NCBI RefSeq assembly: GCF_964204645.1
Contig: NC_134030.1
Location: 15,314,110-15,378,109, forward strand
Direction: 5' to 3'
From: Tubulanus polymorphus
Lineage: Eukaryota > Animalia > Nemertea
DNA length: 64,000 nt
The position numbers and the translations under genes were made by a program. Below are positions 14,352 through 28,000 of this stretch, one piece after another (positions within the stretch are counted from its first letter, which is position 1; every line of letters starts with the position of its first letter). Below the pieces are notes generated by a model. It was not told where the DNA came from and did not search any database. It saw nothing but the letters and a program-made list of their open reading frames with translations.

Positions 14352-17300
14352 GGCCACCTCAAAAGAAAACCCTGTTTCTCGGGGCCCGAGCAACCCGATA
14401 TTTCGTCGTTTTAAATAACCATTTTCCGAATAATATATAATTGCCTACCGGCCCTTTTTCAAAATTCTGGGTGGAATAACCTTTTTAAAAAATATGTATA
14501 AAGCCGACCGACTACCTAACTCTCCATTCTCGTAATTTTTGGCTCAAGTTAGCGAGCCTATGTTAACGGTCTGGCCGATTGGTATGTTTAAAACACTAAG
14601 CTCAAAGCTATTTTAGCATTCTCAAACGCAATTTCAGTAGCCTGTAATTTCACTACTAATGGCAGGAATGAAAATCTTCTGACCATAGACGGATTTCCGA
14701 CCTTTTCTAACATTTTCTTCATTCCTGAGAACAGTGTAAATCACCTCAATCGCTTTAATCACCTCAATCGCGGGCGTCCCATCAGACATCAGAGCGCTCC
14801 GTAGTTAGGAGTGCTCCTTAAGATGGTTTTCGGCAGTTGTTAGCACAACTGTGGAGTCGGAGAAACCAATATGGCGTCTCATTCAAAAAGCGGCTCTAAT
14901 TGAGGCCCAAACTATTAACATTTTGACCAAAAGGAAGTAAGTTTTTTGGCTAAAAGTTACTGATTTTTGTTCCCCAAAAAAATTCTTTTTTTTGAAAACA
15001 TTTTCCAACTTTTTCAATATGAGCCGTTTTCATCCCTGTAATGGGCGAATTGAATGGTTTAAGCAAAAATATATTTTGTAATTTGTTTTTCTTTATGAAG
15101 CACAAAGTTGAAAGCTGTGGGTTTCATAGTTTTTGAGAAATTAACCAAAAAGTGTCAAAAATTCGATTTATTTGAGCACGTTTTTTTATGCAGAATCTTT
15201 AACTGTCCAAAATAACACATATGAAAATTCAATGCTATCTGTTTCGAAAGAACTTCATATCGCCAAGATCCGATGCTTTGTTCGGTAGTTATGGGCTTTC
15301 AAAGACAAAACCCCCCAAAATCTTGGTTATGTATAATTTGTGTTGACCCAGTTTTGACTTCCATAATGACGTCATAACATTGAATGAGGAGGATCAGCTG
15401 GTGCGCGTTATTTCACAAACAAAATGGCGGCACGATTGATTAGGTTGATATTCATCATTGCTAGCGCGAATACTGATATTCAAGGCGTATGATATAATGA
15501 TTTATTGTGTGCGATATGTTCAATGATTCATCCAGTTTTGATATCCCGTGCGTAAGGTAACGTTGCATCAAGATATCTGACAAAAATGTGGTTTCAAAAT
15601 GCGGAAATTTACTTCCGTGGTCGCCACACGGCTGATTTACTGATAGCATCGAATTTTCATGGGCTTGCAAGCATGCAAGCCCATATCGCTATCACATGGA
15701 TTGATAACTTGCTGTAATAAAATCTAGGTTCCTTTCGTATACTGGCTATATCGGTTGTTGTTTTCATTGTTTTACAAGGTATGCAGCGCATTGATCAGTC
15801 TCGAAATTGGTATTCATGCGCGGCATAGTGCTGCTGATAATTCAATTCATTATTTATTGACACAAAATTTCACAAAACATTTACTTTCACGTTTTAAAAA
15901 ATTCTTTGAATTTTCTTTTACTTTCATTGGGTGCTTGCGTTAGCAGCCATTTGTAAAATCTCTGTATGAATATTTATATTTTTCAGTTTAAATATCTAAA
16001 ACTTAAGAACTGCTTTTCAGTAAAATAAATTCTGAATTGACTGGTTCCGTCTCTTCAAAGAGCCAGGGGGCGGTAGCCTATGGTGGCAATAAACTTTATA
16101 GGATGATCGTAGTGGATTGTCATTTGAAGGAAATGTAACTTTGTTAACTGCGGCACAGCGATTAGCGTTCGCGTTGAAAACAGTCGTGTACAGTTGCGTA
16201 GGCAATATCGCCTTATACTCTCGTGTTCACTGCGTGTTTTTCTCAGATATAGAGTACGCACACAAAGATGTAGGTTGCGCGTAACACTGATTTGTCTGAG
16301 TGAAGATGTAAGCTATGTAAAGAAATCCTATCGTGAAATTATCAAAAATGGTGTCAGTCGGTAAACTTTGTTTCGTCAGTAACCGGCACTGGCCTCAAAA
16401 TTGAAGAACTTGGGAGCTTCTGTCCTGATTGGTCCGTATGATGATGAAACCCAGGCTCTCACCTAGTTTTAACCGTATATTATCGGTTTACATCATTCAA
16501 GGGACGTATTTAAATTATGAACATTTGTTCAGACAAAAGGCCCATATCACTTTTTCGAAGATTAAATTCTCGTTAAATAAAAGTCAGTTATCATTAGAAG
16601 TTCGCACTGACCAAAATTGAGTGCTTTTTTATATATATTTTTCTCTTGTTTGATTTTCAATGAAATGAATTTTTGCGTACCGGTAGCCTACGTGACAGAT
16701 TTTTTACTTCACACCAATTTGGCGAGCCACTGGTCAATTGGTCCTTTATTTTTTTCTTTTTAATCAAATCATGATGTTGGCACTGAGATCAACATCATTA
16801 AAAATATTTCATTACATCGGATTTAACAATTTGATTCTGGAAATGATGCAGCCATGCTTAGACAACTTTGCCCATCGGACATTGCTGGCAGCCTTGGATT
16901 GTAAAATTCCAGGAATTCCGTGAAATATGTTCAAAATATAGTTTTTTTTTATAGGTAATTGTATACAAACACATCAATTTCATTATAGATTTTTATCATT
17001 GTGGTCTACTAGCTGTTAATCATATTCCTCACTAAAAATTTGGTCCTGTAAAAAGTATTTACGGCGACCTACCCCCATTCTTATAAGTATACCCAAAATT
17101 GTTTTTCTAGAAAAAGAAAAAAAATTCCCTACCTACCTACCCATATTGTAGTCAGTAACCTGTCTGTGGTTTAGTTTCACGATCGGATATTTTCACAAAC
17201 CACAGTCAGGAATGGGAAGGTCATTTTTGTATGCAATCTTCGTCAGCCAATTTGACTGACGAGTTATTTGCCTGGCATTTCATTGTCTCTAAAGATATCT

Positions 17301-18014
17301 GTCTAATTTTTGTTGTAATCAACGCACAACAGATTCGTAGTTTGTCTGATGCCTATAACACCTCACCTGATGATCTTAATCCATGTGCAAATCGGCCGTA
17401 AAGTGAGAGTAAATTTCCATCGAGTCAACAGCTGCCATTTGGAAAATTACTGGAGGGTGCTGGCACCTGTGAACTGAGGCCAGGACAACAGCACAAACTA
17501 ACGAAGCGAAACGACGAAATTGAAAAAATTAAGAAATCAATACTTATTCACATTTTTCTTTTACCAGAATTTATTATTTCATTATTTATTATGGAAAACA
17601 CGAAGATTTGAAATATAAGTTGAAAAACCATCAAAAATAAAAATTGTAGGTCCCCTTGTCTTATCATGCCACATGTGCAATACAGAGAAATGGCGGCCAA
17701 TGGCGAAATTTGTGGAGAAATTAATTAATTTCTCAAAATAATGTTGATTAATCACTCGAAACATACATAAAATTGGATTATTTCGAAAGGTACCTGTGTT
17801 AGTTTGTGAATTAAGCCATTAATTGTGGACTGAAGTGAATAGAAAGTATATTTTTGAAATGTTACTTTTTTCAACCGTGTTTTGGCCCTTGTCATCCCTA
17901 ACGTTGGCATAAGCCCATCCGATTATAAAAAGCTTACCACCATCGATTAGGTAACCAACTACCCATATTGGTGATTGCCCTCCCCGAGAGACAGGATTTT
18001 TTTTCGGTGTGGCC
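14352..18014. mobile_element. Degenerate TIR DNA transposon (GG termini, possibly Zator-like)
   Basis: GGCCACCTCAAAAGAAAACCCTGTTTCTCGGGG matches the reverse complement of CCCCGAGAGACAGGATTTTTTTTCGGTGTGGCC. Flanks TAT/TAA. No transposase recognised. Confidence 0.45.
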
Positions 18015-18261
18015 TAACTTCAAATTAAAACTCTGTTCACCTTAAACATTGAGACACAGCCCAAAATGACTCCACATAATGTTTTGATTACTCCCTAAAA
18101 CATAGCATCGCCAGATTTATGATTTAATGGTCCAAAAAGTTATATATATCGCATTTTGCTCGCATAGTGATCATTCCTACGGTTATTATAATAGACTAGC
18201 CAACATCATCAGATCAATAAAGAATCGCTTTATTAAAGACTCATGTTTAGAGACGACCATA

Positions 18262-18267
18262 TGTATA

Positions 18268-18322
<55 letters not shown>
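18262..18322. repeat. (TA)n microsatellite
   Basis: Seen directly. Confidence 0.95.
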
Positions 18323-18324
<2 letters not shown>

Positions 18325-18401
18325 TTAATCTATTTAGCAATCATCATTGTTTGCAAAAAATATACATTGAAAAAGTACATTGTATCTACAATTTCTTTCA
18401 G

Positions 18402-18482
18402 AATAAGTCAACATACCCGTCGCTGATTGGTTTTGAATCCAGACAATCATTGCCTGACACAGTGAAGGACAATCGGAGCTGA
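18402..18482 (+). CDS. MRPL39: Probable terminal coding exon of the MRPL39-like gene
   Basis: tttctttcag acceptor; phase 0 gives NKSTYPSLIGFESRQSLPDTVKDNRS*. Phase-compatible, but the C-terminus is poorly conserved. Confidence 0.55.
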   Translation, partial: NKSTYPSLIGFESRQSLPDTVKDNRS

Positions 18483-18754
18483 TTAGAATATTCAATTTGA
18501 TAATTGGCTACATTTACGTTTTGAAAGTTACCTTACATCAATCAAAAAGTATATGATATAATTTTAGACTGGAATTATATGCAGTAAACCCCCACTTATA
18601 TCAGTTCATATGGAATTTGGATTGGACATCATTGGACATTTTATGTACATCCAGAGTTGTCGAATAAACACTATAATCCGTGTAAACTGTAGATAAATGA
18701 AGAAATCCCACACTTCGAATTTGAAATTATACTATCAAATTTATTATTACGAAA

Positions 18755-18796
18755 CCACAACGTTTCGGCTGTTGACTAACAGCCATCATCAGGTGG
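18755..18796 (-). ncRNA. Minimal hammerhead-like motif, inverted copy
   Basis: Exact reverse complement of 19823-19864. Confidence 0.7.
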
Positions 18797-19011
18797 AATG
18801 ACCAGAAAAACAAGTTACAAAGCATATAAACTCACAGGATCTAAAATAAAAGCAGTGTGTCAAAACTTAAGATAAACAGACCAAGCAATAAAACATCAAG
18901 GGGTACCGTGGAAACCACAGCAATTCTAAACAGTTCAGAGTAAAACCAAATTATGTAACTAAGTGAAGTGGACTGAAGAGGGTGGCGATAACAGAGTGAC
19001 ACATAGTGACA

Positions 19012-19352
19012 TCAACCCAAATCTAATAAAGAGTTGATGTGTCTGGATAATAATTGATTAAAACCAGTATTTAAATTAGTAGATAAATTGGATTTCGAAA
19101 GTTTACATATAAGGGCTGATTCCACTATGTGTCTCTTATGAATATCTTTACAAGGATAAATAGGTTTCGAATTCTTAAAGTCAAATTGGTGATTGGTTGT
19201 AAAGACATGATTCGCTATTCCACTCTCAGGCTTTTGGTTGCGGATATCTATTTTGTGTTCTTTAATACGCTGACTGAGATTACGTCCCGTTTCGCCGATG
19301 TACATCATATTACAGTCTTTACATGGTATCTTATAGACCCCAGACTCAATTA
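19012..19352 (-). pseudogene. Penelope GIY-YIG endonuclease C-terminal fragment
   Basis: GVY-(x)-YIGETGR motif with CxxC and downstream His residues. Confidence 0.85.
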
Positions 19353-19822
19353 GCTCACTGTAGGTATCCGCAACCAAAAGCCTGAGAGTGGAATAGCGAA
19401 TCATGTCTTTACAACCAATCACCAATTTGACTCTCAGAATTCGAAACTTATTTATCCTTGTAAAGATATTTATGAGAGACACATAGTGGAATCAGCCCTT
19501 ATATGTAAACTTTCGAAATCCAATTTATCTACTAATTTAAATACTGGTTTTTCTCCCCATAACCAATTATTATCCAGACACATCAACTCTTTATTAGATT
19601 TGGGTTGATGTCACTATGCGTCACTCTGTTATCGCCACCCTCTTCAGTCCACTTCACTTAGTTACATAATTTGTTTTTACTCTGAACTGCTTAGAATTGC
19701 TGTGGTTTCCACGGTACCCTTGATGTTTTATTGCTTGGTCTGTTTATCTTAAGTTTTGACACACTGCTTTTATTTTAGATCCTGTGAGTTTATATGCTTT
19801 GTAACTTGTTTTTCTGGTCATT

Positions 19823-19864
19823 CCACCTGATGATGGCTGTTAGTCAACAGCCGAAACGTTGTGG
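19823..19864 (+). ncRNA. Minimal hammerhead-ribozyme-like motif in Penelope pLTR
   Basis: CCAC-CTGATGA-T-GGCTGTT-AGTC-AACAGCC-GAAACGTT-GTGG: core boxes, stem II, short stem I and palindromic ACGT in place of stem III. Confidence 0.7.
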
Positions 19865-20260
19865 TTTCGTAATAATAAATTTGATAGTATAATTTCAAAT
19901 TCGAAGTGTGGGATTTCTTCATTTATCCAGAGTTGCCACTTCTCCAGAATTCCCAATTTTTAAATTGCTAATTTAGAAGTCCGGATTTTCCAGATATTGA
20001 CGAAATTCATTTTCAGCGCTGTTATAAAAGTAAACTCATTAATAAACACACTCATTTGTTGCTTGCACATTCATTCCTTCCCGTGCATCATTCGTTTGCT
20101 TCTAAAGGTAGACCACCATCCTAGTTACTGAGCCACTAACCTAGTTTTCCTTACACTGCTAACATGCTACTGAAGTGTAATACATGTATGACTATGTCGT
20201 TTATTGATATTATATGTTATTAGTGGCCAGCATTAAGCATGGTGACTTTTCATTAATTTC

Positions 20261-20400
20261 AGTGTGATTGTTGGCTATTTTTTAAAGCCTCAGGTGCTCT
20301 GATAGGGCTTTTAATTAGAAAATGTTTTCAAGTGTGATTGTTGGCTATTTTATATAGCCTCAGGTGCTCTGATAGGGCATCAAATTAGAAAATCTTTTCA
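20261..20400. repeat. Tandem duplication, 70-bp unit x2
   Basis: AGTGTGATTGTTGGCTATTTT... repeated. Confidence 0.9.
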
Positions 20401-20643
20401 TTTGCAGAAGTGGCAACTCTATACCTATTAGTTTACCTGTGGACAAAAGATAATATCTGCTGTAGGGTGTGGGGTGTGCTTTTCCACCAAGGTCTGTTAT
20501 CATTCCAGTATTCAACTGGCGGCAGCATGTTTATGAAGAAAATACACTATATCAAGCCCAATTTCTTGATTATGCCAAATTCCGTGTTCTGAAAACACCA
20601 GCAAAGGAATAATAAAAGACTGTATTCGATGTATTCTACCTTA

Positions 20644-20981
20644 AGGGAGCATCTAAAAATTTCAATAGTTCTGTCAATTAGAATTACTGTCCAATTGGTT
20701 TTAGACACATGCCAAAACTGGAACTATTGATTTTCTAATGAGAGACCACAGACAAAGATAAGACATTCTCACAAGTGTATTTCGATCTCAACTTTTAAAT
20801 GAAAAATAAATTAGCAAAATTACAAGTGGAAAACCAATTAAACTCTAAATATGCTATCTTTATTGCACCAAAATAAATCGATAGTTTGGCAGTCGAGATG
20901 AATCCGTGGGAGGCCTTAACCCCCACCACCTTCCGCGAGTTATTCTAATTGAAGTAACTATCGAAATTTTGAGATGCTCCC
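20644..20981. mobile_element. MITE
   Basis: AGGGAGCATCTAAAAATTTCAATAGTT / AACTATCGAAATTTTGAGATGCTCCCT inverted ends. Confidence 0.75.
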
Positions 20982-21721
20982 TACCTAATGTAAGGATCAT
21001 GTTATAGTCAATGTTTTGAATGAAAAAAGAAAATTTGTAAAAAGAATTAGCTGAAATTGTATTATCATTGTTTTAGTGTATGAGAATAGACTCTTGGTTC
21101 ACTCAGTAGCATTGGAAGGGTATTTTTCCATTGAATTTAGAATCAATTAACAAATGGAAGTATTCCCGTCAGAAAACGTTCCCTGTACTGACATAATAGC
21201 CAAGTTGCTTTAGACAACTGGCGCCCGCCATAAACGACTTTTAGAGTAAGCCAACCATCAGCTGTCGCCACCTTCCCTACTCATCTTTGTTTTATGGCGC
21301 GTAGAAAGATGGTCGTCATCGACTAACTTTACTGGCTAAATCGACATTTTTACAGGTGAGAGCGATCCATCGATCGTCCCTTTTTATTACAATCTTTTTC
21401 GGTCGTAGTCGTGCCCACTTATATAAATTTAATTTTTAGTTAATTCGGCCTTTTTTCGTTTACCTCCTCGACGGTGCGTAGGGGTGTGGTTTCACGTTTC
21501 TAAGTGACAGCGGCTTATTCAACGCACGTGGCTGTTCATCGTTTTATTGTTCAGGTCATGTAGGCCATTTATTATCTCCCGATTCCCTATTATAGTTACT
21601 CTAGGGACTGCAAAGGGTGTTATTGTATCGGTAGAGGAGTTATTATTACAAGTAAGTAATACCGTATTCAATTTTATTTTGAATTATAATAGATTTTATA
21701 GTTGCAGATTATTAATTTCAG

Positions 21722-23221
21722 ATGTCCGATCAAGGACAGGGACGTTGTGTGGTGCGCTCTTGCCCCTTTTTTGGGGGGGAGGGGACTCACAAAATCTGTC
21801 GTGCTTGCCGAAAGGCTAAGCGGGGCACCAGCTGCAACCACTCCGCCCCCTGCGGGGAATGCATGGAGTGGTCGGAGGAATCATGGACTCGACTGGACAA
21901 ACCACAGACCCATAAGTCTAAGTCAAGCTATATTCCTCCACGCAGCTTAGACCAGAGCGAAGCTCAGGCGCAGCTTCAGTCCGGTGCCCAGGACCGACAG
22001 GCTAGTCTGGACCCACCCGCCGGTGATGGGTCTCAGATGAAGAAGGCCGCCTAAGATTGGGCTCGCGAGAGATCCCGGACCCCGGTTCGCTCGAAACCCG
22101 GCCCGGCCCCAAGTTCTGCGCGTAGATCCCGGTCCCCTCAGGGGTCACGGAGGTCTACCCGAGGACGGACCCGCTCGCGTTCGAGTTCCTCTGACGTCTC
22201 ATCGTCAGGGAATGCCTCATCACGGAGGTCAGGGGATTCCTCTTCCGAGGGCCTTAGGTCCCGCAGGTACAGAGGGAGGTACAATGTTGCACTAGTAGGC
22301 GATCACGTAGGTCACGTCTGCGAGCTCTCAGGTTCATAGAACCTGGAGGGATTATCGTCCCTATAAAGAAGGGCCCCGAGCACACGGACGTAGTAGGTCC
22401 CGGTCTAGATCGCGATCACCGGTTAGGACCCAGTGCGCCATAAAGGTCAGCCTAGGGATCCTACTCCACAGCCTCTGCCTCCGCCGCTGTCTGCTGGAAC
22501 ATCGGGGGACAGGGATTTATCGCAGATTTGTGATTTTTTCAAGGCGGAGTTGAACTGGCTCAGAGCTAAAATCCAGCAGGGAAAATCTCGCTCCCAGGAG
22601 ACTGAGCCCCACCCCGAATCGCTCTCGGAAGAGGACGAGGAGCAAGGGGATTGATTGTCGATAGGCAACGTCAACGATTTTGAAAACGAGCCCTCCGAGA
22701 AAGAAGGGCTTTTCAGGATCAGGCTAATCGTAGCACCGTTTTGTCGGGTTCAGCTGCGGTTTTCAGGCCGTAGGCCTAGGGGCTCCTCGCCTTCACTATC
22801 TGATGTGCACGATGCGAGGATTACGGGTGACATGCCTTATAAGGAGCTCATTACGGACGTTCTTTCAAAATATGGGGGAACCGTCCCAAAGCCTCGGGTC
22901 ACCCAACATAGGGGCTCCTGTGCGAAGATTTTTAAAGCCCCAGACGACCCGTATGCAGTGGTTCTCGCTCCACATCCCGATTACGCTTCGGAATGGAAGG
23001 AAGCATTAGACCCGGCTGTGTGGGGTGAGGCCTGGGCTTCCGAGGCTTGGACATGGCCGCCCTTGGAATTGGGCATAAAAGATTTTAGATTTTTCACGCC
23101 CCAGGATCCGAAAATTCTGGGTTTTAGGCCGGTTTATTATAATACCCCCACCGCGTCATTTAAGCCACAGAGCCGTATAGACACAGATTTTGATCAGCTG
23201 GGCTTGCCAACCTCGCAGCCC
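21722..23221 (+). pseudogene. DIRS-like retrotransposon gag/ORF1 remnant
   Basis: GC-rich island. N-terminal Cys/His motif C..C...H..C..CR...C.....C.EC..W....W followed by an RS-rich low-complexity tract, with stops and frameshifts. No RT or tyrosine recombinase in the window. Confidence 0.55.
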
Positions 23222-23225
23222 TTAA

Positions 23226-24567
23226 AGGGTAACTGACTCTTTTTTAAAGATTTTCTACTTTTTACACTAAACGATATATTATAGTATACAATAAGGCTAG
23301 GTGATTTCATAATTGGAAAAATCTTTTCAATCTAGTCAGAATTGATGATTTTGATGTTCGCGCACCTGTACAGTGTATACATTGCTTCTGCTGAACGCGT
23401 GGTACTGCGTCTGTTAATAGAAGTACGTCACGAAAGTAACGGTTCGTATAGATGTTCGTATAGAAATGAATAGGAAATAAGCTACAAGAGCAATTCAACT
23501 TAATTGTATACCTATTTGGCATTCGAATTGAGAAAAAATGCCTCTTGATTTTGAAAGTCTACATATTAATGATTATAATTAGCTGTTGAACGGACCATAT
23601 CCGTTCAAACTAAGCGCAAAAATAGGATTTGAAAAGCAATCCATGGCATTTTCTAGTAGACAGCAAGGAACACGGATGTTTAAATCATCGTTTTGTATTA
23701 TCATTTAGTGATAGTAAGATCATGGTTAGATCTAAGAATATTTTGACTTATGAACTGATGAAACTTAGACAGAATTAGCCGCAAGAACAATTCAATTGTT
23801 TTCTTGAAATATACTTCGTATTGGTTGTGGCTGTGGTCACAAAATTAGAATATTTCCTCATCCATCCTATTTTAAAACTTAGAAATAATGTTTGTGAAGA
23901 TTTGTGATGTAATCTATCGAAACTCTTCTGCATCGTGAAACTTTAATCGAAAAATATTATTCCTTTGAATATTTGTTGTAAAGGCTGTAGAAATTTATCT
24001 GTAGAAATTTAAGTTTTTGTAGAATTTTGAAGTGTTAGTTTTCAAACTACTTAGTCTTAAATGACTATGAAAAATAGTAAATAGTAAAAAATATGAATCT
24101 ATTTGTTCTTTTGTGAGATCGAAATCTGTGAACGCTTGTAAGACGCTGTATGTGTAGTATGCTTGTGGTGCTGAACTATAGGTGAACTATGCAGCAGCAG
24201 TAACCGTGCTGAGAGCTTAGCATAGTGTACTTTAATAGCTTCAGCGGATTGAAATCTGCATCTTCAATTTATCGATTTAGCTGATTCAAATCACTCATTG
24301 ATTCTTTGAAATAGGTTTATGCAATAGACAATAGATCCTTTTACCTCCCTGGCCAGTTTCAAAGCTGTAAAACAATCTGGCATTGAGATATAACAGAAAA
24401 TACACGCAGTTTCCTCAAAATTCAACGCATTTCTATAGAAGCTATTTCTCAGCTCTGCCTGTAATGCCGTTGCAGAGCGCACCTGCTGATTTAGCCGACG
24501 CTGAACAGTAAGCATGTAAACAACGAAATGAGGTTAAAAAGCTTGTTAAAATCACAAATTACGCGTT
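23226..24567. mobile_element. Possible left part of a Kolobok-like element, interrupted by Polinton copy A
   Basis: Abrupt composition switch at TTAA|AGGGTAACTGAC. The matching right end is not seen in the window. Confidence 0.35.
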
Positions 24568-24760
24568 AGTAATAGGGGTAATGGGCTTTCAGATCAAAGG
24601 TCGAACGGTCGAGAAATTTTCCAAATGTGAAAATAACAATAATTTCTACTTGAATTAGTCGCGTACACACCTAATTCAAGTAGAAATTATTATTATTTTA
24701 CATTTGGAAAATTTCTCAACCTCTCAACCTTTAACCTGAAAGCCCATTACCCCTATTACT
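24568..24760. repeat. Terminal fold-back palindrome of copy A
   Basis: AGTAATAGGGGTAATGGGCTTTCAG...TTGAATTAG [about 12-nt loop] CTAATTCAAG...CTGAAAGCCCATTACCCCTATTACT. Confidence 0.95.
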
Positions 24761-25015
24761 CTTAAAATATTCATATATAAACATAATTTACATGAATAAC
24801 ATATAAATTGATAGATTATTCAATCTAAAAGTAACGAGTAATTAACGAGCTCTTATAGAATAGATATATAGATATATTTTAAACATATTTGAATATTTAT
24901 ATTTGTATGAGTTAGATTTTTAAACATTAAAAGTGTTAGTAAAGTGTGATTGAAATAATTCATATTTAAATCATTGAACTTCTAAAATCAATTTTAAAAA
25001 AAATTTAGTATTAAA

Positions 25016-28000
25016 ATGGAAGCGAATAAGTACTACTGTCCAACATGTAATATCAATATAGATAAATCCCAAAAATCAAGACACAATAAAACTAAAACAC
25101 ATTTAGAGAATAAATTGAAATTAGAATATAAAGATGATATATTAGAAACTAAATTAGAAGAATTAAAGAATGAAAAAGAAACATACAAATGTGATACATG
25201 TAATCAATCATTCAGTGATAAAAGATATTATAAAGAACATTTAAAATCTAAAAGTCATATTGGAAATATGAATAATGATATTTTAGGTGAAGATTATTTT
25301 GATAATGATAAAGATAATAAACATAAGACAATTAAAAGAATAAGAAATAAATTAAACAATAAAAGACCATACATGGAAGATGAAAGAAATTATATTAATT
25401 CATTAGATAATAAAAAAGATATAGAGATAACCGAAGCATTTAAAAGTGATATTGGTCCAGCAGCTATCGAGTTTAAATTTCATAAAGGAAAAACATTAGA
25501 AGAAAATAAAAAACATTTAGAAAATATGAAAAATATTATAAAAATAATTACAGATGTTGAATACCCTAAAATTAGTATATCTTCTAAAGTAAAGTTTATA
25601 AAATCTGAAGATAAACCAATATATAATATAAATTCTCATTCACAACATATTATATCTAAACAACATATAGATGATAAATAAGATAAATGTTATAATGAAG
25701 TAAAAACTAAAATAGAAGAGAAATATTTTGAAGGATCTGGTTTAATATTTGATGAGATAATATTTATGACTTTACATGTGTATAACACAAAATATAATCA
25801 GTTAACTAAATCAAAACCAATTGATGAAAATAATTTATCATATTATAAAGAACCAGATATTGAAGCATCGAGTTATATTAAACTACCATTTAAAACTAAT
25901 GCTGCAATAAATGTACAAAATTTTGATGATAAATGTTTTCTATGGGCTATAATTAGTTGCTTACATCCTGCAACTGATAATATTTGTAGATTAACTCATT
26001 ATAAACCATTTGAAAATAATTATAAGATAGATAAGTATCCTGTTAGAATTAAAAACATCCCAAAAATAGAAAGAGATAATAATATAAAGATAAATGTGTT
26101 TGATTTACTCAAATTACCAAATACAAAAGGTAACAATATAAAACATTATACATTAGAACCTTTATACCTATCAGAAGATTATGATTCAAATGATGTTATA
26201 GATATACTATATTATGAAAATCCTTATATGTGGATTTAACAAATCGATTTATTTTTTAAATCAGAAAATGATCACCATAAAATATATCTTTGTAGAAAAT
26301 GTTTACATAGATTCAGTAATGAAAGAACGTTATTAAATCATAAACAATTATGTGAAAATCATGATTATTGTAAATTAGTTTTACCAAATGAAAAAGATAA
26401 AATATTAGAATTCAAAAAATATGATTACAAAAATAAAGTACCATTTGTTATATATGGAGATTTTTAATCATTAAATAAAGAACTAACTGATCGAGATAGA
26501 AAAGAAATATATTATAAAAGAAAGAAATTAAATTCTAATGAAAATGATTTTTCAGATGAACCCCCAAAAAAACAAATACAATTAAAAAGATTCATCAATC
26601 AGCCGCAGCTTTCGGGTTATATATAAAATCTGATTATCCAGAACTAATTGAAAGTGAATATTATGATTATAGAAATGAAAATGTTATCAATCATTTTTGT
26701 GACTTATTAATTGAATATGAAATAAGATTTAGTAAATTATTGAATACAAATAAAGAAATAATTATGACAGAAGAAGATAAAGAAGAATTTGTGTTTGCAG
26801 GTAAATGTTATTATTGTGAAAAGATATTTAATTATAAAGATAAAAAAGTTAGAGACCATGATCATTTGAATGGAAAGTTTAGAGGCGCTGCACATGAGAA
26901 TTGTAACTTACAAGCCAAGAAAATCAATTTTGTACCAGTTATATTTCATAATCTATCAGGATATGACGCACATTCATTTATCAAACAGCTATGCCATAAA
27001 ATAGAAGAAATCAATAATGAAATAGAAAGATTGAATTCAAATAGATCAAAAGATAAAATACCAACTTATAAATTTAAAATGTTAGCTAAAACATCTGAGA
27101 ATTATATATCATTCCAATTTGGGTGTTTAAGATTTATAGATTCATATAGATTTTTAAATAGTTCATTAGATAACTTATCAAAATCATTAGTTGATGATGA
27201 ATTAAGAATATTAAAACAACACTATCCAAATAATGATGATTTCCAATTAATGAGATATAAAGGCGCAATTCCATATTCTTTCTATAAAAATCATAATGAT
27301 TTTAACATAACTGAATTATTAAAAGATGAAGTATATAATAGAACATTGAATATTTGGAATCATTTCAAAATAGAAAATCATGGGCAATTAGTAGATTTAT
27401 GTTTAAAATCAGATGTATTATTATTAACTGATATATTTGAAAGGTTTAGAGATGTAAACCTAAAATATTTTAACATTGATCCTTGTCATTGTTATTCTTG
27501 TCCAGGTTTAACATAGGATTGTGGTTTAAAATTTACAGATATAAAAATGGATTTGTTAACAAATATAGATCAATTATTATTATTTGAAAAATCTATAAGA
27601 GGAGGAGTTTCAGGTGTATTAGGCGATAGATATTTCAATGTAAATGATAACCCTGGATATAAGTTATTATATATAGATGCAAATAATTTGTATGGTTGGG
27701 CAATGATGGAACCACAACCTTATGGAGTATTTGAAATAAGTGAAGTTTTACACAATAAAATAATGACAAATTTGATTGGAAGAAAAGAATCCTAGATATT
27801 GCAGATGATTCAGATACTGGTTACTTCTTTGTTGTAGATTTAGAATATCCTGAACATATTAAATTTAAATCTAGAAATCTAGCATACTGTCCCGAACATA
27901 AAACTGTAACTCATGAAGAATTATCAAATTATCAAAAAAGAATTAAACCCGAAAATCATACAGGAAAGTTAATGGTAACTCAAGAAGATAAATATAATTA

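Larger units (their letters stand above)
18691..19927. mobile_element. Penelope-like retroelement, two 5'-truncated ends in inverted orientation
   Basis: About 18692-19247 is the near-perfect reverse complement of about 19365-19927. The minus arm encodes GIY-YIG endonuclease SGVYKIPCKDCNMMYIGETGRNLSQRIKEH. ATCCAGAGTTG occurs at 18649 and 19925 (TSD-like). Confidence 0.9.

Noticed and set aside
489-18426. Short ORFs from the track in the host region
   Set aside because: No recognisable motifs; they lie in introns, repeats or the TA microsatellite.
19353-19482. N-terminus of the 156-aa ORF as part of the endonuclease
   Set aside because: It is antisense read-through from the inverted arm.
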